Positions 35,414 through 46,443 are shown, counted from the stretch's first letter. The stretch is DNA of 64,000 nucleotides from Minisyncoccota bacterium (GCA_036517655.1 DATDVE010000013.1:28364-92363), one strand, 5' to 3'. Notes: generated from the letters alone by a model not told the origin. Program-made: numbers and translations.

Positions 35414-36004
35414 ATGATAGTGCAATATTTAGGCGATGAGATAAAGCAAGAAGAGATGGCGGACGAGGTAATCCTTTCTCGTTCTATGGCGCGCCCCGAA
35501 CTTTTCGGCCTCCTTGTTGACAAGTACCAGGAAGCCTTCGTGCGCAAAGCCAAGCGCATTTTGGGTGATCGACCCGAAGTAGAAGATGTAGTCCAAGAGA
35601 CTTTCACTAAGATCTATCTCTATGGCTCTAAGTTCGAGACACAGGAGGGCGCAAGTTTCTCTTCCTGGGCGTACAAGATTCTTATGAATACAACCTTTAC
35701 CTACTATCAGAAGTTAAAGAAGAGGGGAGAGGCACAAGCGAACGTAGACGAAGAGATACTTGCTCTGGCGCCTGATCACTCACACAGGCAATCAGAGAAA
35801 GATAATTATAAGGACGTAGTCGCCTCCGTCCTCTCCCGTATGCCCGAACCTTTAGCCCGCGTTCTCTCGCTACACTTCCTGGACGACAAACCTCAAGAGC
35901 AAATTGCAGATGAGCTGGGAGTAAGCGTATCGGCAGTCAAGACGCGAGTACATAGGGCCAAGAAAGAGTTCAAAAAGATTAGCGACAGCTTCCAAGTTTT
36001 ATAA
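35414..36004 (+). CDS. RNA polymerase sigma-70 family (ECF-type) sigma factor
   Basis: Region 2 (VQETFTKIY...SWAYKIL) and region 4 HTH (QIADELGVSVSAVKTRVHRAKKEF). Confidence 0.7.
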   Translation: MIVQYLGDEIKQEEMADEVILSRSMARPELFGLLVDKYQEAFVRKAKRILGDRPEVEDVVQETFTKIYLYGSKFETQEGASFSSWAYKILMNTTFTYYQKLKKRGEAQANVDEEILALAPDHSHRQSEKDNYKDVVASVLSRMPEPLARVLSLHFLDDKPQEQIADELGVSVSAVKTRVHRAKKEFKKISDSFQVL

Positions 36005-36009
36005 AAATT

Positions 36010-36327
36010 ATGATGCAACTCAAAAACAAAATTATGCGCAGGATCTATATTATTTCCTACTTGCGCACGATTCTAGCGCCTCTGCCACTTAAGATATACG
36101 CAAGCGCGCTCATCCTCTGGTCAATAGGAAGGCAAGTCTGGGTCTCAAGAGTCCTTGAGAACGCCCCCGGCACAGATGTCTCGAGTAATCTAAGCTTCTT
36201 CGCGAGCGCCGTCTGGCACGCAGAATTCCTTGTCCAAACTCTGGTCTTAGGTCTCCTAGTCTTAGGCCTCTGGCTCATCAAAGATCTTTTCTCAACCCGA
36301 AGATTAAGTTTTTATCAAAACTTCTAG
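36010..36327 (+). CDS. Small membrane protein, possible anti-sigma factor
   Basis: Position immediately downstream of the ECF sigma gene. Two or three TM helices. No motif. Confidence 0.3.
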   Translation: MMQLKNKIMRRIYIISYLRTILAPLPLKIYASALILWSIGRQVWVSRVLENAPGTDVSSNLSFFASAVWHAEFLVQTLVLGLLVLGLWLIKDLFSTRRLSFYQNF

Positions 36328-36398
36328 CAAATTTGGTTACCTGGTAACCAAGTCCGACCGTATAGGGTTAGTTTGGGTTTACCTGCTATAATTGAGGC

Positions 36399-36986
36399 AT
36401 GAAAAAGAACCTTGTTTTATTGCTTGTAGTTATTGTGCTAATCGTGGGTGCGTTCCTGCTAAACAAGGCAGACAGCACTTCTAGTAAAGACAACAGTTTG
36501 CCTGTACAAGAAATTTCTTACGAGAACACAACCGAATATCAGTGTTATTTCCCCGGCGTGCCGTGTTCCTTCAGATATCCAAGCGACTACGATGTAAGTG
36601 TAGATATTGGTTCGATAATGATTTACAAAGATTCTCCCGAGAGGGCCCTAGGCATTGTTATTGTTGATTCAATCGGATTTATTGACGAAGATACTCCAGC
36701 CCGGACGACCGAGGAGTGGATTCGCTCAGAAGAATTTAAAGACTTCACAATTACGAGTGAAAAAAGAACAATAGGCGGTTACGAAGCCACCAAGTTATTG
36801 GCTATTAGTGATCCAGTACACGCATGGGTATTCCTAACAGATTATGAAATGGAAGTTGAACTAGAATTGCCCGAAGAATTCCCCCCGGTAAAAATCGGCA
36901 TCACAATTTACTCATCATTGGGAGACAGCCAAGAAGAGCATCTAGCAGAAGAGATAGTCCTCTCAAGTTTCAAATTCACCAAGTAA
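36399..36986 (+). CDS. Hypothetical protein with N-terminal TM anchor
   Basis: MKKNLVLLLVVIVLIVGAFLL signal/anchor. Acidic C-terminus. Confidence 0.45.
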   Translation: MKKNLVLLLVVIVLIVGAFLLNKADSTSSKDNSLPVQEISYENTTEYQCYFPGVPCSFRYPSDYDVSVDIGSIMIYKDSPERALGIVIVDSIGFIDEDTPARTTEEWIRSEEFKDFTITSEKRTIGGYEATKLLAISDPVHAWVFLTDYEMEVELELPEEFPPVKIGITIYSSLGDSQEEHLAEEIVLSSFKFTK

Positions 36987-37025
36987 CTGTTTGATCTTTT
37001 TGATCAGTGATATATACTATTTGGT

Positions 37026-37265
37026 ATGTCAGGAAAGAAACAATTTAAGGTTGTTATAAGGCAGGATGAAGATGGTTTTTTTGTTGGGTCAGTTCCTGCT
37101 TTGCCGGGTTGTCATACTCAAGCCAAAACTCTTCCGGAATTACGCAGGCGGGTGCGTGAGGCTATAAGTCTATGTCTTGAGGTTGCAAAAATTGACAGCA
37201 CGTATCGGCGTAGGATTTCGCTTGGTGAACCATCCTTTGTAGGTCTGGACCTGGTCGAAGTATGA
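37026..37265 (+). CDS. hicB: HicB-family antitoxin
   Basis: FKVVIRQDEDGFFVGSVPALPGCHTQAKTLPEL typical HicB/UPF0150 N-terminal domain. ATGA overlap with hicA. Confidence 0.7.
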   Translation: MSGKKQFKVVIRQDEDGFFVGSVPALPGCHTQAKTLPELRRRVREAISLCLEVAKIDSTYRRRISLGEPSFVGLDLVEV

Positions 37266-37486
37266 GCCATTTGCCCTCGCTTAGATCGAGAGACGTTATT
37301 CGCTTTCTCCACAAACTCGGTTTCGAAGAAGTAAGACAGAAAGGTTCGCACAAATTTTTTAAACATCCGGATGGAAGAACAACTTCTGTACCCGTCCACG
37401 CCGGCGAGAATATTGGTCGAGGATTGTTAAGTGACATTCTCGAAGACATAAGAATGTCTCACGACGAGTTCCTAGATCTCTATTAG
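37262..37486 (+). CDS. hicA: HicA-family mRNA interferase toxin
   Basis: [27 protein letters not shown] matches the YcfA/HicA signature (GSH...H). Confidence 0.75.
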   Translation: MSHLPSLRSRDVIRFLHKLGFEEVRQKGSHKFFKHPDGRTTSVPVHAGENIGRGLLSDILEDIRMSHDEFLDLY

Positions 37487-38532
37487 GCCGTAGTTAGTTT
37501 CTCTTTGATCTTTTTGATTAGCTCACTCTTCACTTTGGGATTTTCTATTAAGTACTGCCTTGCTGCGTCGTAACCTCGGCCCATTTTGTGCGCTTCGCCT
37601 GCTTTGCCATCCTTGCCTACCGGCTCATACTCGTATGAGCCGCCACTAGATTTACTGATTATCTTGTACTTCTCGCCCAAGGCTAGCACCTCGCCTTCTG
37701 GTGAGATCCCTTCGTTATAGAGAATATCAAATTCGGCTTGCTTGAATGGCGCAGCTACTTTGTTCTTCACAACTTTCACTCTATGTCTGCCGCCAACAGT
37801 TTCTTCGCCTTTCTTGATCTGCGCAATACGTCTGATATCGAGGCGCACACTTGCATAAAACTTGAGCGCTTTGCCGCCCGGAGTTGTCTCGGGGTTACCG
37901 AACATTACCCCAATCTGCATCCTAATTTGGTTGATGAAAATTACTACGCACTTACTTTTAGCAACTATGGGCGTGAGCTTGCGCAGGGCTTGGCTCATGA
38001 GCCTGGCCTGCTTGCCAACGTGCATCGCTCCCATGTCGCCCTCTATTTCGTCTTTAGGCGTGAGAGCTGCCACAGAGTCGATCACTATTACATCAATCTT
38101 GCCAGATCGCACCAAACTTTCAGCGATGTCTAGCGCCTGCTCGCCATAATCTGGTTGGGATATGAGCAGTTGATCGATGTTTACTCCCAGCTTGCGGGTG
38201 TATTCCGGATCCATAGCATGTTCAGAATCTATATACGCGCACACGCCGCCCTTCTTCTGTGCTTGTGCAACTATATGTAAACTCAAGGTTGTCTTACCAC
38301 TGGACTCGGGTCCAAATATTTCGATAATCCTGCCCCGCGGTACGCCGCCAACACCGAGCGCAATATCAAGTCCCAATGAGCCTGTAGGGATAGCATCAAC
38401 GCCGACTTTGGGTCGCTCGCCGAGCATAAGTATCGAGCCTTCGCCGAATTTGGTTTGGATGGCGCGCAATGTGTCGTCGATGCTTGCGCCTGATGTTTTC
38501 TCTGCCTTCTCTGCTTTTCCTTTTCTGACCAT
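37483..38532 (-). CDS. recA: Recombinase RecA
   Basis: [20 protein letters not shown] Walker [24 protein letters not shown]2 region. 349 aa. Confidence 0.95.
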   Translation of the reverse strand: MVRKGKAEKAEKTSGASIDDTLRAIQTKFGEGSILMLGERPKVGVDAIPTGSLGLDIALGVGGVPRGRIIEIFGPESSGKTTLSLHIVAQAQKKGGVCAYIDSEHAMDPEYTRKLGVNIDQLLISQPDYGEQALDIAESLVRSGKIDVIVIDSVAALTPKDEIEGDMGAMHVGKQARLMSQALRKLTPIVAKSKCVVIFINQIRMQIGVMFGNPETTPGGKALKFYASVRLDIRRIAQIKKGEETVGGRHRVKVVKNKVAAPFKQAEFDILYNEGISPEGEVLALGEKYKIISKSSGGSYEYEPVGKDGKAGEAHKMGRGYDAARQYLIENPKVKSELIKKIKEKLTTA

Positions 38533-38540
38533 GATGATTT

Positions 38541-38924
38541 TTAGTTTCCTAATAGGGCGACTTCTTCGATATTGTTCTCACGCGGCTTGTACACCAGCTC
38601 AAGAGTTTTCGATTCCGCACGATTGAAGCGATCAAGCACTTTAATCTCTATGACATTATACCCCAATCCGAGCAGCAGTTCTTTCTCAAAGCGGCCCGCC
38701 GCATCAGTCAGGACCTTAGCCCCGTTTAGGGTGACCATAGTGTTGCCGGGAGCCGTGCCTATGATAGTGACAAAGGCGCTCGAGAGTGTCTCGCCATTCT
38801 TCGGAGATTCTATGGCGATAGAGACGCCAAATAACAGATCGTGAGCCTTAAAGTAGGCGAAGACCAGCGTTACCAATACAAGGCCGCCCACTAATCCTAT
38901 TTTTAAAATGTTCCCGGGTCTCAT
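38541..38924 (-). CDS. Membrane-anchored hypothetical protein (beta-sandwich-like)
   Basis: N-terminal TM plus about 90-aa extracytoplasmic domain. No motif. Confidence 0.45.
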   Translation of the reverse strand: MRPGNILKIGLVGGLVLVTLVFAYFKAHDLLFGVSIAIESPKNGETLSSAFVTIIGTAPGNTMVTLNGAKVLTDAAGRFEKELLLGLGYNVIEIKVLDRFNRAESKTLELVYKPRENNIEEVALLGN

Positions 38925-39003
38925 CCCGTTAGAAGTTACTTCGTTTAATATTGCAAGTCATAATAATTTGTGTGACATTATTTTGTTAAACTTCTAATGG
39001 GAC

Positions 39004-41298
39004 TCATAATTGTGTGTCTGACTGCTTATCGAACTCTTCAGCGTATTCATCAGTTGCCGTGGTGCTTGATCCGAACACTTCACGAGGCTTAGCCCCCGAT
39101 CCCGGACCAACTACGCCTCGTTCTTCGAGCATATCCAGCAGTCTTGCCCCGCGAGCATAGCCAACTTTGAGCTTGCGCTGGAGAAGAGAAGAGGAAGCCC
39201 TACCGGATTTCTGCACAGTTTCCCTTGCCTGTTCGTATAAGTCATCGTCATCTCCAGAGGCTTCGTCAGAAAAGTTGCCATCACTTGCCCCTTCTCCCTG
39301 GTTTGGTCCGGTGATCTCCACAATCGGAGCCTCCACTTCGTTGTTGCCATTGATGAAGCTCACCACTTTCTTCACCTCAGTTTCAGAAACGTAAGCTGAC
39401 TGGAGACGTGTAGGTTTAGAAGTTTCGCCAGACAGATACAACATGTCGCCGGCACCCAAGAGTTTCTCTGCGCCGGGCATATCGATGATTGTACGCGAAT
39501 CAATCTGGGAGGGTACCTGGAGAGCGACACGCGAAGGCACGTTTGCTTTGATCAATCCCGTAATCACTTCCGTAGATGGCCTCTGCGTTGAGAGCACTAA
39601 GTGGATGCCAACGGCCCGTGACATTTGGGCCAGACGCACTATTGCCGCCTCGAGTTCTCTGGGGTAGCTCGACATAATGTCGGCCAGTTCATCAATGACT
39701 ATTAATATGTACGGCATTGGTTCAGGCAGTTCGGCCTGCAGCCTGGCCTTCTCCTCCTCATCAATTCCGTCACCCAATTTCTTGTTGTAGACTTCAAGTG
39801 CCGGTCGGTAGACGTTGTCGTGGTAACTCTTGATGTCCCGGGCCTGCTCGGCTTCGAGAATATCGTAGCGCCTGTCCATCTCTTTGGCTGCCCACTTAAG
39901 TGCCAGGATTGCCTTCTTGGGATTGGTTATAACCGGCGTGAGCAGATGTGGGATATTGTTGTATAGCGTGAGTTCTACTCGCTTGGGGTCAATCATGATG
40001 AAGCGCATGCTCTCTGGGCCGTTCCTGTACAGGAGTGCCAGGATGAGGGCGTGAATGGTGACAGATTTGCCCGAACCGGTCGTACCAGCTATGAGCAGGT
40101 GGGGCATCTTGGCAAGGTCAGCAAATTGCACAGTTCCGGCGATATTCTTGCCGAGGGCAACGAGCAGTGACTTATCAGAAGTTTTGAAATCGTCTTCAGC
40201 CAAAATAGTTCCCAATCTAACCGTTGTCTTCACGCTGTTGGGCACCTCGATCCCTACGAGTGATTTACCCGGGATGGGCGCTTCTACGCGCAGAGGGTGT
40301 GCGGCCAGGGCAAGAGAAAGATCATTTTGCAGTGCTACTATCTTCGATAGCTTGACTCCCTCTGCGGGCTTGAGTGCGTAACGGGTTATGGACGGACCGA
40401 TAGATATTTCGTCCATCTCTACTTCTATACCGAAGTTTGCAAGTGTACGTTTAATAATGTTTGAGTTCGCCTTGATGTCGCCAGCAGCTGGTTTGCCGCT
40501 ATCTTTGCCGAGTAGTTCTAGTGGCGGAGGGACATAGGGCGCCGCGTCGGCTCTCGATGAGGGTGTGAATTCTTCGGCAATCTGACTACTTGCCCCAGAG
40601 TTTCTGGCAAAAATTTTCTCTACTATATTTTGCTTGCGCGGTTCATTCTGATTGGCGCCTGCCTCTGCCTCTTCCTGCTCTTCAGTTCCTTGGTCGTCCA
40701 GAAGTCCCTGTGTTTGCTCCAGATCTTCTTCGTCTGTTGTCTGCTCACGTTTCCTCCGAATGCGTGCCCAGAGATTTGGCAAAGAGAATGAAGTCTCGAA
40801 GAACAGCACAAGAGAAATGATCAACATAACGACAAAGATAAGCCAGCTTGCCACGCCGAAGAGGCGAGTAGCTGTGCCTGACACAGCCCACCCGATAATT
40901 CCTGCTGTCTTGTCGTGGAAACCAAGCTCAATGAGCCCCAGTCCAGATACTACAAAGAGCAAAACTCCCAGAAGTCGAGTACTAACTATGCGTGGTCGCG
41001 AGAATTTGAAAAATGATATAGACAGAAGTAGTGATACGAGGGGCACAAGATAATAGCCTGACCCCAAGAGATAGTGGAGTGACCTATAGATGTAATCTCC
41101 CACTGGACCGGCGTACTTAAGGCCGGCAAGACAGAGGAATACTGCAAGGGCCAGGAGGATGATCCCTATGATAGTGTGCTTGGCCTCGTCCTTTAAACCC
41201 CTCCTCTCTGACAGCGAAGATTCTTCAAGGGCTCCCTTTTTGTCCTTAGACTTATTTCGTCCCATATACAGTCTTATTGTAGCAGAGAAAGCAAGCAT
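39004..41298 (-). CDS. ftsK: DNA translocase FtsK/SpoIIIE
   Basis: Four or five N-terminal TM helices. Walker A GTTGSGKSV. C-terminal gamma wHTH (LYEQARETV...SSLLQRKLKVGYARGARLLDMLEE). Confidence 0.9.
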   Translation of the reverse strand: MLAFSATIRLYMGRNKSKDKKGALEESSLSERRGLKDEAKHTIIGIILLALAVFLCLAGLKYAGPVGDYIYRSLHYLLGSGYYLVPLVSLLLSISFFKFSRPRIVSTRLLGVLLFVVSGLGLIELGFHDKTAGIIGWAVSGTATRLFGVASWLIFVVMLIISLVLFFETSFSLPNLWARIRRKREQTTDEEDLEQTQGLLDDQGTEEQEEAEAGANQNEPRKQNIVEKIFARNSGASSQIAEEFTPSSRADAAPYVPPPLELLGKDSGKPAAGDIKANSNIIKRTLANFGIEVEMDEISIGPSITRYALKPAEGVKLSKIVALQNDLSLALAAHPLRVEAPIPGKSLVGIEVPNSVKTTVRLGTILAEDDFKTSDKSLLVALGKNIAGTVQFADLAKMPHLLIAGTTGSGKSVTIHALILALLYRNGPESMRFIMIDPKRVELTLYNNIPHLLTPVITNPKKAILALKWAAKEMDRRYDILEAEQARDIKSYHDNVYRPALEVYNKKLGDGIDEEEKARLQAELPEPMPYILIVIDELADIMSSYPRELEAAIVRLAQMSRAVGIHLVLSTQRPSTEVITGLIKANVPSRVALQVPSQIDSRTIIDMPGAEKLLGAGDMLYLSGETSKPTRLQSAYVSETEVKKVVSFINGNNEVEAPIVEITGPNQGEGASDGNFSDEASGDDDDLYEQARETVQKSGRASSSLLQRKLKVGYARGARLLDMLEERGVVGPGSGAKPREVFGSSTTATDEYAEEFDKQSDTQL

Positions 41299-41349
41299 TC
41301 TGGGGCTATTTATCTACACATTTACAATTAGTCCCTAAGGGGTATAGAA

Positions 41350-42021
41350 TTGACCTTAATGGCAGGTGAAAGAGACACGGCAAAAGATTCTTTAGGACCT
41401 CTCCTTTACAAGAGGACCTCAAGGCTGTGCATTGCTGTGTACAGGCTTAGTGACTTCTTCGAAACCGAGGAACCGCTACGGCAAGCCTTACGAGAGTCGG
41501 CTGTTGCCATCTTGCGTAGCGTTATGTCCTTTACATCTCAAAATCCGGAAAGACCGGGTGAATTGTTAAAGGACATAACGGACAAGCTAAATCTCTTATC
41601 CTCGTATTTTGATGTCCTTTTGGCCGCTGGTTATGTCTCTTTAGAAAACTCGCAGATTGTAAAGGACGAATTATTGTCCCTTATGGATATGACTGAGAAA
41701 TATTTCCACTCCCATTTCGGCTATGTGGCTGCACTGCGTGAGTTTCTTGGAACTGTCGAGGAATCCCTGCCATTGCCAAGGGCATCTAATCCTATTCCTG
41801 AACCTGGGGGATCTAGAAACATTGCCCCTGTCCAGAATGATAGGAGGGCCAAGATTATTGAGTATATTAAGAAGCATGGCCCTTCGACTATCAAGGATAT
41901 AGGGTCCGTAATTCGGGGCTGTAGCGAGAAAACTATCCAAAGGGAGCTCTCCACCCTCGTTCTTGCCAATATTGTGCGACGGGAGGGGGAGAGGCGCTGG
42001 AGCAAGTACATGGTAACTTAG
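41350..42021 (+). CDS. Hypothetical protein with C-terminal winged-HTH
   Basis: C-terminus KKHGPSTIKDIGSVIRGCSEKTIQRELSTLVLANIV looks like a wHTH. N-terminal helical domain. Confidence 0.35.
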   Translation: MTLMAGERDTAKDSLGPLLYKRTSRLCIAVYRLSDFFETEEPLRQALRESAVAILRSVMSFTSQNPERPGELLKDITDKLNLLSSYFDVLLAAGYVSLENSQIVKDELLSLMDMTEKYFHSHFGYVAALREFLGTVEESLPLPRASNPIPEPGGSRNIAPVQNDRRAKIIEYIKKHGPSTIKDIGSVIRGCSEKTIQRELSTLVLANIVRREGERRWSKYMVT

Positions 42022-42084
42022 TCAATTGACTGGCGTCTTCTACTATGTTAGCCTTAGTTCCGGGGCTTATCCACATGCCTAATT

Positions 42085-42112
42085 TTGTGGAGAGCCTAAA
42101 GGGCTATATAAT
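42085..42112 (+). promoter_or_regulatory. Sigma70-like promoter (TTGTGG-16-TATAAT) with about 210-nt leader before the giant surface-protein gene
   Basis: -35 at 42085-42090 and -10 at 42107-42112. Confidence 0.4.
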
Positions 42113-42324
42113 CAGTCACAGGATTTCCCAAATGCCGTTTTCCTCTGTGAACTCGCTCTTTGACAACTAAATATAACTAGACAGACGCACAGTAAGTTTT
42201 GCAGAAAGTTCTTACTGTTTTATTCTCGTATCTCCAAATTAGTTAACAACCGCCTACCCGTTTGTATGAGTAGGTGAATTGTGATGAAAGTAGTTAATAG
42301 AGAATTATTATTAAACGCGAAATT

Positions 42325-45300
42325 ATGAAATCATACCTCCAAAGTGGAGTTGTAAGATTCGCAAGTGTTGCGGTAGGCGTAGCTATGCTTCTTAGCGTGG
42401 CGACACCAGTTGCAGCCCAGACGCAGTCACAGATTGATGCGCTCTTGGCTCAGATCGCTGCACTTCAGGCTCAACTTCTAGCCTTGCAGGCTGGTAGCTC
42501 GACCTCGATGTCTTGCAACTTCACAGTTAACCTTAAGTTGGGCATGTCCCATGCTGAGGTTAGAACACTTCAACAGTTCTTGAACACGCATGGTGCTCAA
42601 GTCGCTGCTTCGGGCGCAGGATCGCCTGGTAACGAGACTATGTACTTCGGTGCGCTTACACGCGCTGCAGTCATCAACTGGCAGAATGCAAATGCCGCTT
42701 CAGTCTTGACTCCAGCTGGTCTTACCGCCGGAACAGGATTCTGGGGGGCCTTCTCCAGAGCACATGCCAACAGCCAGTGCACAGTAGCTGGTCCTGGCCC
42801 GGTCACACCTCCTACAACAGGTGGTATGGCAACGGTCACCGCCGCCGCTCAACCAGCTAACGGGCTCGCTGTACAAGGCGCGGCTCGTATCCCATTCACC
42901 AAGTTCACAGTTACAGCAGGAGCTTCTGCGGTCACCATCAACTCGGTTGAAGTGGAGCGCACCGGCCTTGCTGATGACGATGCTTTCTCCGACGTTGTTC
43001 TACTTGACAGTAATGGCATGCAGATTGGCATCGGCAGGACGCTCAACAGTAATCACCGCGCAACTATCGGTGAAGCCGTGACAGTACCTGCTGGTACTTC
43101 CATGACCTTCACTGTGGCTGCCAACACGGCTGCTGACAACGGTACCAACGCGGGTCAGGTGGCCTCGTTCTCTGTGGTTGGTCTTAACACCAACGGTACA
43201 GTGGCAGGTTCCTTCCCGATCACTGGCGCTTCTCACACCATCAACGCCTCACTTGTGATTGGCAGTGTAACAATCAACACGAGTGGCTTGGTCAACACGG
43301 CCGCCACGATTGATATTGGCGAAGCTGATATCATTCACTCCGGTGTTCGCCTTACGGCGGGTTCGTCTGAGAACCTTCGCCTCTGGTCAATTCGTTGGAA
43401 CAACGCCGGTTCTGCTGCACCTTCGGATCTTGGCAATGTAGTTGTCAAGGTTGACGGCACAAGCTACCCGACGACTGTTTCTTCGGATGGTAAGTACTAC
43501 ACAGCAACCTTCGGTAACGGTATCGTAGTCGCCAAGGGTAACACCGTGGAGATTACGATTAGCGCTGTAGCCCTCGGTGGTCCTAATCGCACCATCAAGT
43601 TCGACCTTTATCGTCGTACTGATGTGGCCTTCACGGGCGAGCTCTTCGGTTACGGCATCACGCCTCCAGCCGGTTCCGGCACGGCGGCTGCTACGACCCA
43701 GGAATTCACTTCCGGTACGCCTTGGTACGACGGTATAACTAAGACCATCAACGCCGGTACCATCACGACTGTTTCGAAGTCCAACTCCGTTCCTGCCCAG
43801 AACATTGCCGAGAACCTCTCGGATCAACCCTTGGGCGGCTTCGAGATTGACGTAAAGGGTGAGGCAATCACTGTTCAGTCGTCCATCTTCCACTTCGCAA
43901 TCAGCGGATCTGGAGGTGACGTGGCTGACATTGACAACATCACTCTTACCAACCTCACCACTGGTCTCATTGTGGCCGGTCCCAAGGATGCCACGGCTGG
44001 GGCAACCAACGCGGTGACCTTCACGGACTCGATCACTTACCCGACAGGCAAGAGCACTTACGTGCTTAAGGGCAAGCTCGGGACTGATTTCACCTCTGAT
44101 CAGACGGTCATTGCTTCCACCACCCCAGACACTGACAACGACTGGACAACCGTCACGGGTCAGATCACTGGCAACTCTATTACCCTGTCGAACACTATCG
44201 TGACCATGAACACCATGACGGTGAAGGTCGCGACTGCTACGATCAGCGTGAATAGCTTGCCTGCAGCCCAGAACGTTGTAGTTGGTACAACTGGCTTCAC
44301 ATTCGCCAAGTTCAACGTAGACGCTACAGCTTCTGGTGAGGATATCCGCCTCAACAGCTTCGAGATCACGGCTGACACACCAACGGAAGTTACTGCCGAC
44401 AGCCTTCCAGTGAACTGCTTCGCTTATAGTTCAGCCGGTACACGCCTGAATTCAAGCGCGGTCAATCCTACGGAGGCCGAACAGAGCTTCACTCTGGCCA
44501 CAGCCCTCGTTGTTAAGAAGGGGACAATTGAGGCCATCGAGATCAAATGCGATGTGCCTTCTAACCTGACCTCTGACAACTCGTTCCGCTGGACACTCAC
44601 AGCAGGTACTAATGCTTGGAGTGGTACTGGCGCAACCTCGGGTCAGACTGTAACCTTCGGCTTCAATACAGCCAACGGCAACACCATGACCTTCAAGGGT
44701 GCTGGTACGTTCACAGTCATCAAGGATTCTTCGAGCCCGTCGTACATCATTATGGCGGCTAATCAGAGCAACGCGATCAACGGTGTTCTTCGCTTCTCTG
44801 GTTCAAACGAGGAGGTCACACTCAAGAAAGTAGCCTTGCAACTTACCAACACGGCTTCGTCCACGAACGCCACCGTCACTGGTGTCTCGCTCTGGGATGG
44901 TGCAACTAAGGTAGGTTCGGGTCTCTTCACTGGTTCCGCTACCACAACCCAAATCACACTTGACCAGACTGTCACTATTCCTAAGGATGGCGACAAGAAG
45001 TTAACCGTCAAGTTCGATATTGCGGCCATTGGTACTGGTCAATCCGGTGTCCAGGGCGCCTTGGTCGCTGTTGACTACGATGCCAACGGTCAAGCTGGGA
45101 CCACGGAGGGCACTGGCGCTCAATCGGGCACCACAGTCCTCTCAAGCAGCACAAGCACCTCGGCTGATACAGCCTTCGACGGTGTACGTGTCTTCAAGGG
45201 TTATCCAACCTTCGCCAAGGTGTCGATGTCGCCTATCTTGAGCAACGGTTCTGACAAACCACTGATGCGCTACTCGATTACCGCCAACGGCAACGATGTC

Positions 45301-45807
45301 GGTATCGCCAAGTTCACAGTGCGCTTTGCCACTACTACCGCTACAGTTTCGGCCTCAAGCGTTAACATTCACTGCTTCACCAACTCGTCATTCACCTCTG
45401 CTTGCAGCGGTCTCTCCGCTGACGGCCAGGTGGATGATACAGACAAGACGTCGCAGGGTGTTAACCTCGCCGAGATCTACGCGGAGAATAGTGCTGGCAC
45501 TGCTTCGGCTTTGCAGATCCCAGTCGGTCAGACCTACTACTTCGAAGTTCGCGGTACTGTGTCCGGCGCAGCTGCTGGTACATCTATAGCGACCTACGTA
45601 GAGGGTGATGCCGCCTATCCGCTCTTCACCACCGATATTCTGATGGCTTCGTCCACAGGTATCGACAACGATCAGGGTGGTAACGACGACTTCATCTGGT
45701 CACCAAACGCGGCTACTACTTCGGCTCTGTACGCCGAAGACTGGACGAACGGTTACCAGGTGGTCGGCCTGCCTTCTGGTGGTATCTCTGACTCTCTCTC
45801 ACTCTAA
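42325..45807 (+). CDS. Giant secreted surface protein (coiled-coil, peptidoglycan-binding-like domain, Thr/Ser/Gly-rich beta repeats)
   Basis: Signal peptide. QIDALLAQIAALQAQLLALQA coiled coil. CNFTVNLKLGMSHAEVRTLQQFLN...PAGLTAGTGFWGAF domain paralogous to 2289-3350. Then about 1000 aa of T/S/G/A/V-rich repeats. Confidence 0.7.
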   Translation: MKSYLQSGVVRFASVAVGVAMLLSVATPVAAQTQSQIDALLAQIAALQAQLLALQAGSSTSMSCNFTVNLKLGMSHAEVRTLQQFLNTHGAQVAASGAGSPGNETMYFGALTRAAVINWQNANAASVLTPAGLTAGTGFWGAFSRAHANSQCTVAGPGPVTPPTTGGMATVTAAAQPANGLAVQGAARIPFTKFTVTAGASAVTINSVEVERTGLADDDAFSDVVLLDSNGMQIGIGRTLNSNHRATIGEAVTVPAGTSMTFTVAANTAADNGTNAGQVASFSVVGLNTNGTVAGSFPITGASHTINASLVIGSVTINTSGLVNTAATIDIGEADIIHSGVRLTAGSSENLRLWSIRWNNAGSAAPSDLGNVVVKVDGTSYPTTVSSDGKYYTATFGNGIVVAKGNTVEITISAVALGGPNRTIKFDLYRRTDVAFTGELFGYGITPPAGSGTAAATTQEFTSGTPWYDGITKTINAGTITTVSKSNSVPAQNIAENLSDQPLGGFEIDVKGEAITVQSSIFHFAISGSGGDVADIDNITLTNLTTGLIVAGPKDATAGATNAVTFTDSITYPTGKSTYVLKGKLGTDFTSDQTVIASTTPDTDNDWTTVTGQITGNSITLSNTIVTMNTMTVKVATATISVNSLPAAQNVVVGTTGFTFAKFNVDATASGEDIRLNSFEITADTPTEVTADSLPVNCFAYSSAGTRLNSSAVNPTEAEQSFTLATALVVKKGTIEAIEIKCDVPSNLTSDNSFRWTLTAGTNAWSGTGATSGQTVTFGFNTANGNTMTFKGAGTFTVIKDSSSPSYIIMAANQSNAINGVLRFSGSNEEVTLKKVALQLTNTASSTNATVTGVSLWDGATKVGSGLFTGSATTTQITLDQTVTIPKDGDKKLTVKFDIAAIGTGQSGVQGALVAVDYDANGQAGTTEGTGAQSGTTVLSSSTSTSADTAFDGVRVFKGYPTFAKVSMSPILSNGSDKPLMRYSITANGNDVGIAKFTVRFATTTATVSASSVNIHCFTNSSFTSACSGLSADGQVDDTDKTSQGVNLAEIYAENSAGTASALQIPVGQTYYFEVRGTVSGAAAGTSIATYVEGDAAYPLFTTDILMASSTGIDNDQGGNDDFIWSPNAATTSALYAEDWTNGYQVVGLPSGGISDSLSL

Positions 45808-45830
45808 GCAAATTAAAAGTCGAACAAATC

Positions 45831-45857
45831 GGCCCCCTCACGGGGGCCTTTTTGTTT
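45831..45857 (+). terminator. Rho-independent terminator
   Basis: GGCCCCCTCACGGGGGCC followed by TTTTTGTTTG. Confidence 0.7.
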
Positions 45858-45873
45858 GTGCTATAATATTTAT

Positions 45874-46437
45874 ATGTCCAAGAGAGTCATTCTGCCCATA
45901 CTTGTCTTGGTGGCGATTTTCGGCGGTCTTTATGTCTACGAACAATATTTGAAATTTCCTCCACCGCCGGGGTATCATCGTGAGATTAGTTACCCTGATA
46001 AGATAAAGGAGGCAGACAGAGTCGCCCTGGGGGAAGCTTTTGGGAAGACTCTTGCTACTATCGACAAGGATAAGCACGACAAATCGGCTTGGATGGATCT
46101 GGGCGCTCTCTACAACATCATCGGGGACTACCAAGGGGCCCGGCTTTCGTGGGAGTATGCGGCAATTCTGGATCCAAATAGTTTCGTCCCACTATATAAT
46201 TTGGGCACTCTGTACTTGTCTGATCTGAAAGATTACGCTCTTTCCGAGAAATACTTCCGACAAGCGCTAGTTCTTGATCCAAGCCAGATCGGTGTTTATC
46301 AAAGTCTTTATGATCTGTATCGTTATGGGCTCTTGGATGATACTAGAGCCAAAGCGATTCTCGAGGAGGGTATCGAAGCTAACCCATTCGCCTCTCCGAA
46401 TCTAAAGTATCTCCTCGAGCATTACGATGAAGCTTAG
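45874..46437 (+). CDS. TPR-repeat protein with N-terminal TM
   Basis: ATG at 45874 preceded by TATAAT (45862-45867). TPR-like LGALYNIIGDYQGA / LYNLGTLYLSDLKDYALSEKYFRQAL repeats. Confidence 0.65.
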   Translation: MSKRVILPILVLVAIFGGLYVYEQYLKFPPPPGYHREISYPDKIKEADRVALGEAFGKTLATIDKDKHDKSAWMDLGALYNIIGDYQGARLSWEYAAILDPNSFVPLYNLGTLYLSDLKDYALSEKYFRQALVLDPSQIGVYQSLYDLYRYGLLDDTRAKAILEEGIEANPFASPNLKYLLEHYDEA

Positions 46438-46443
46438 TCCTTA

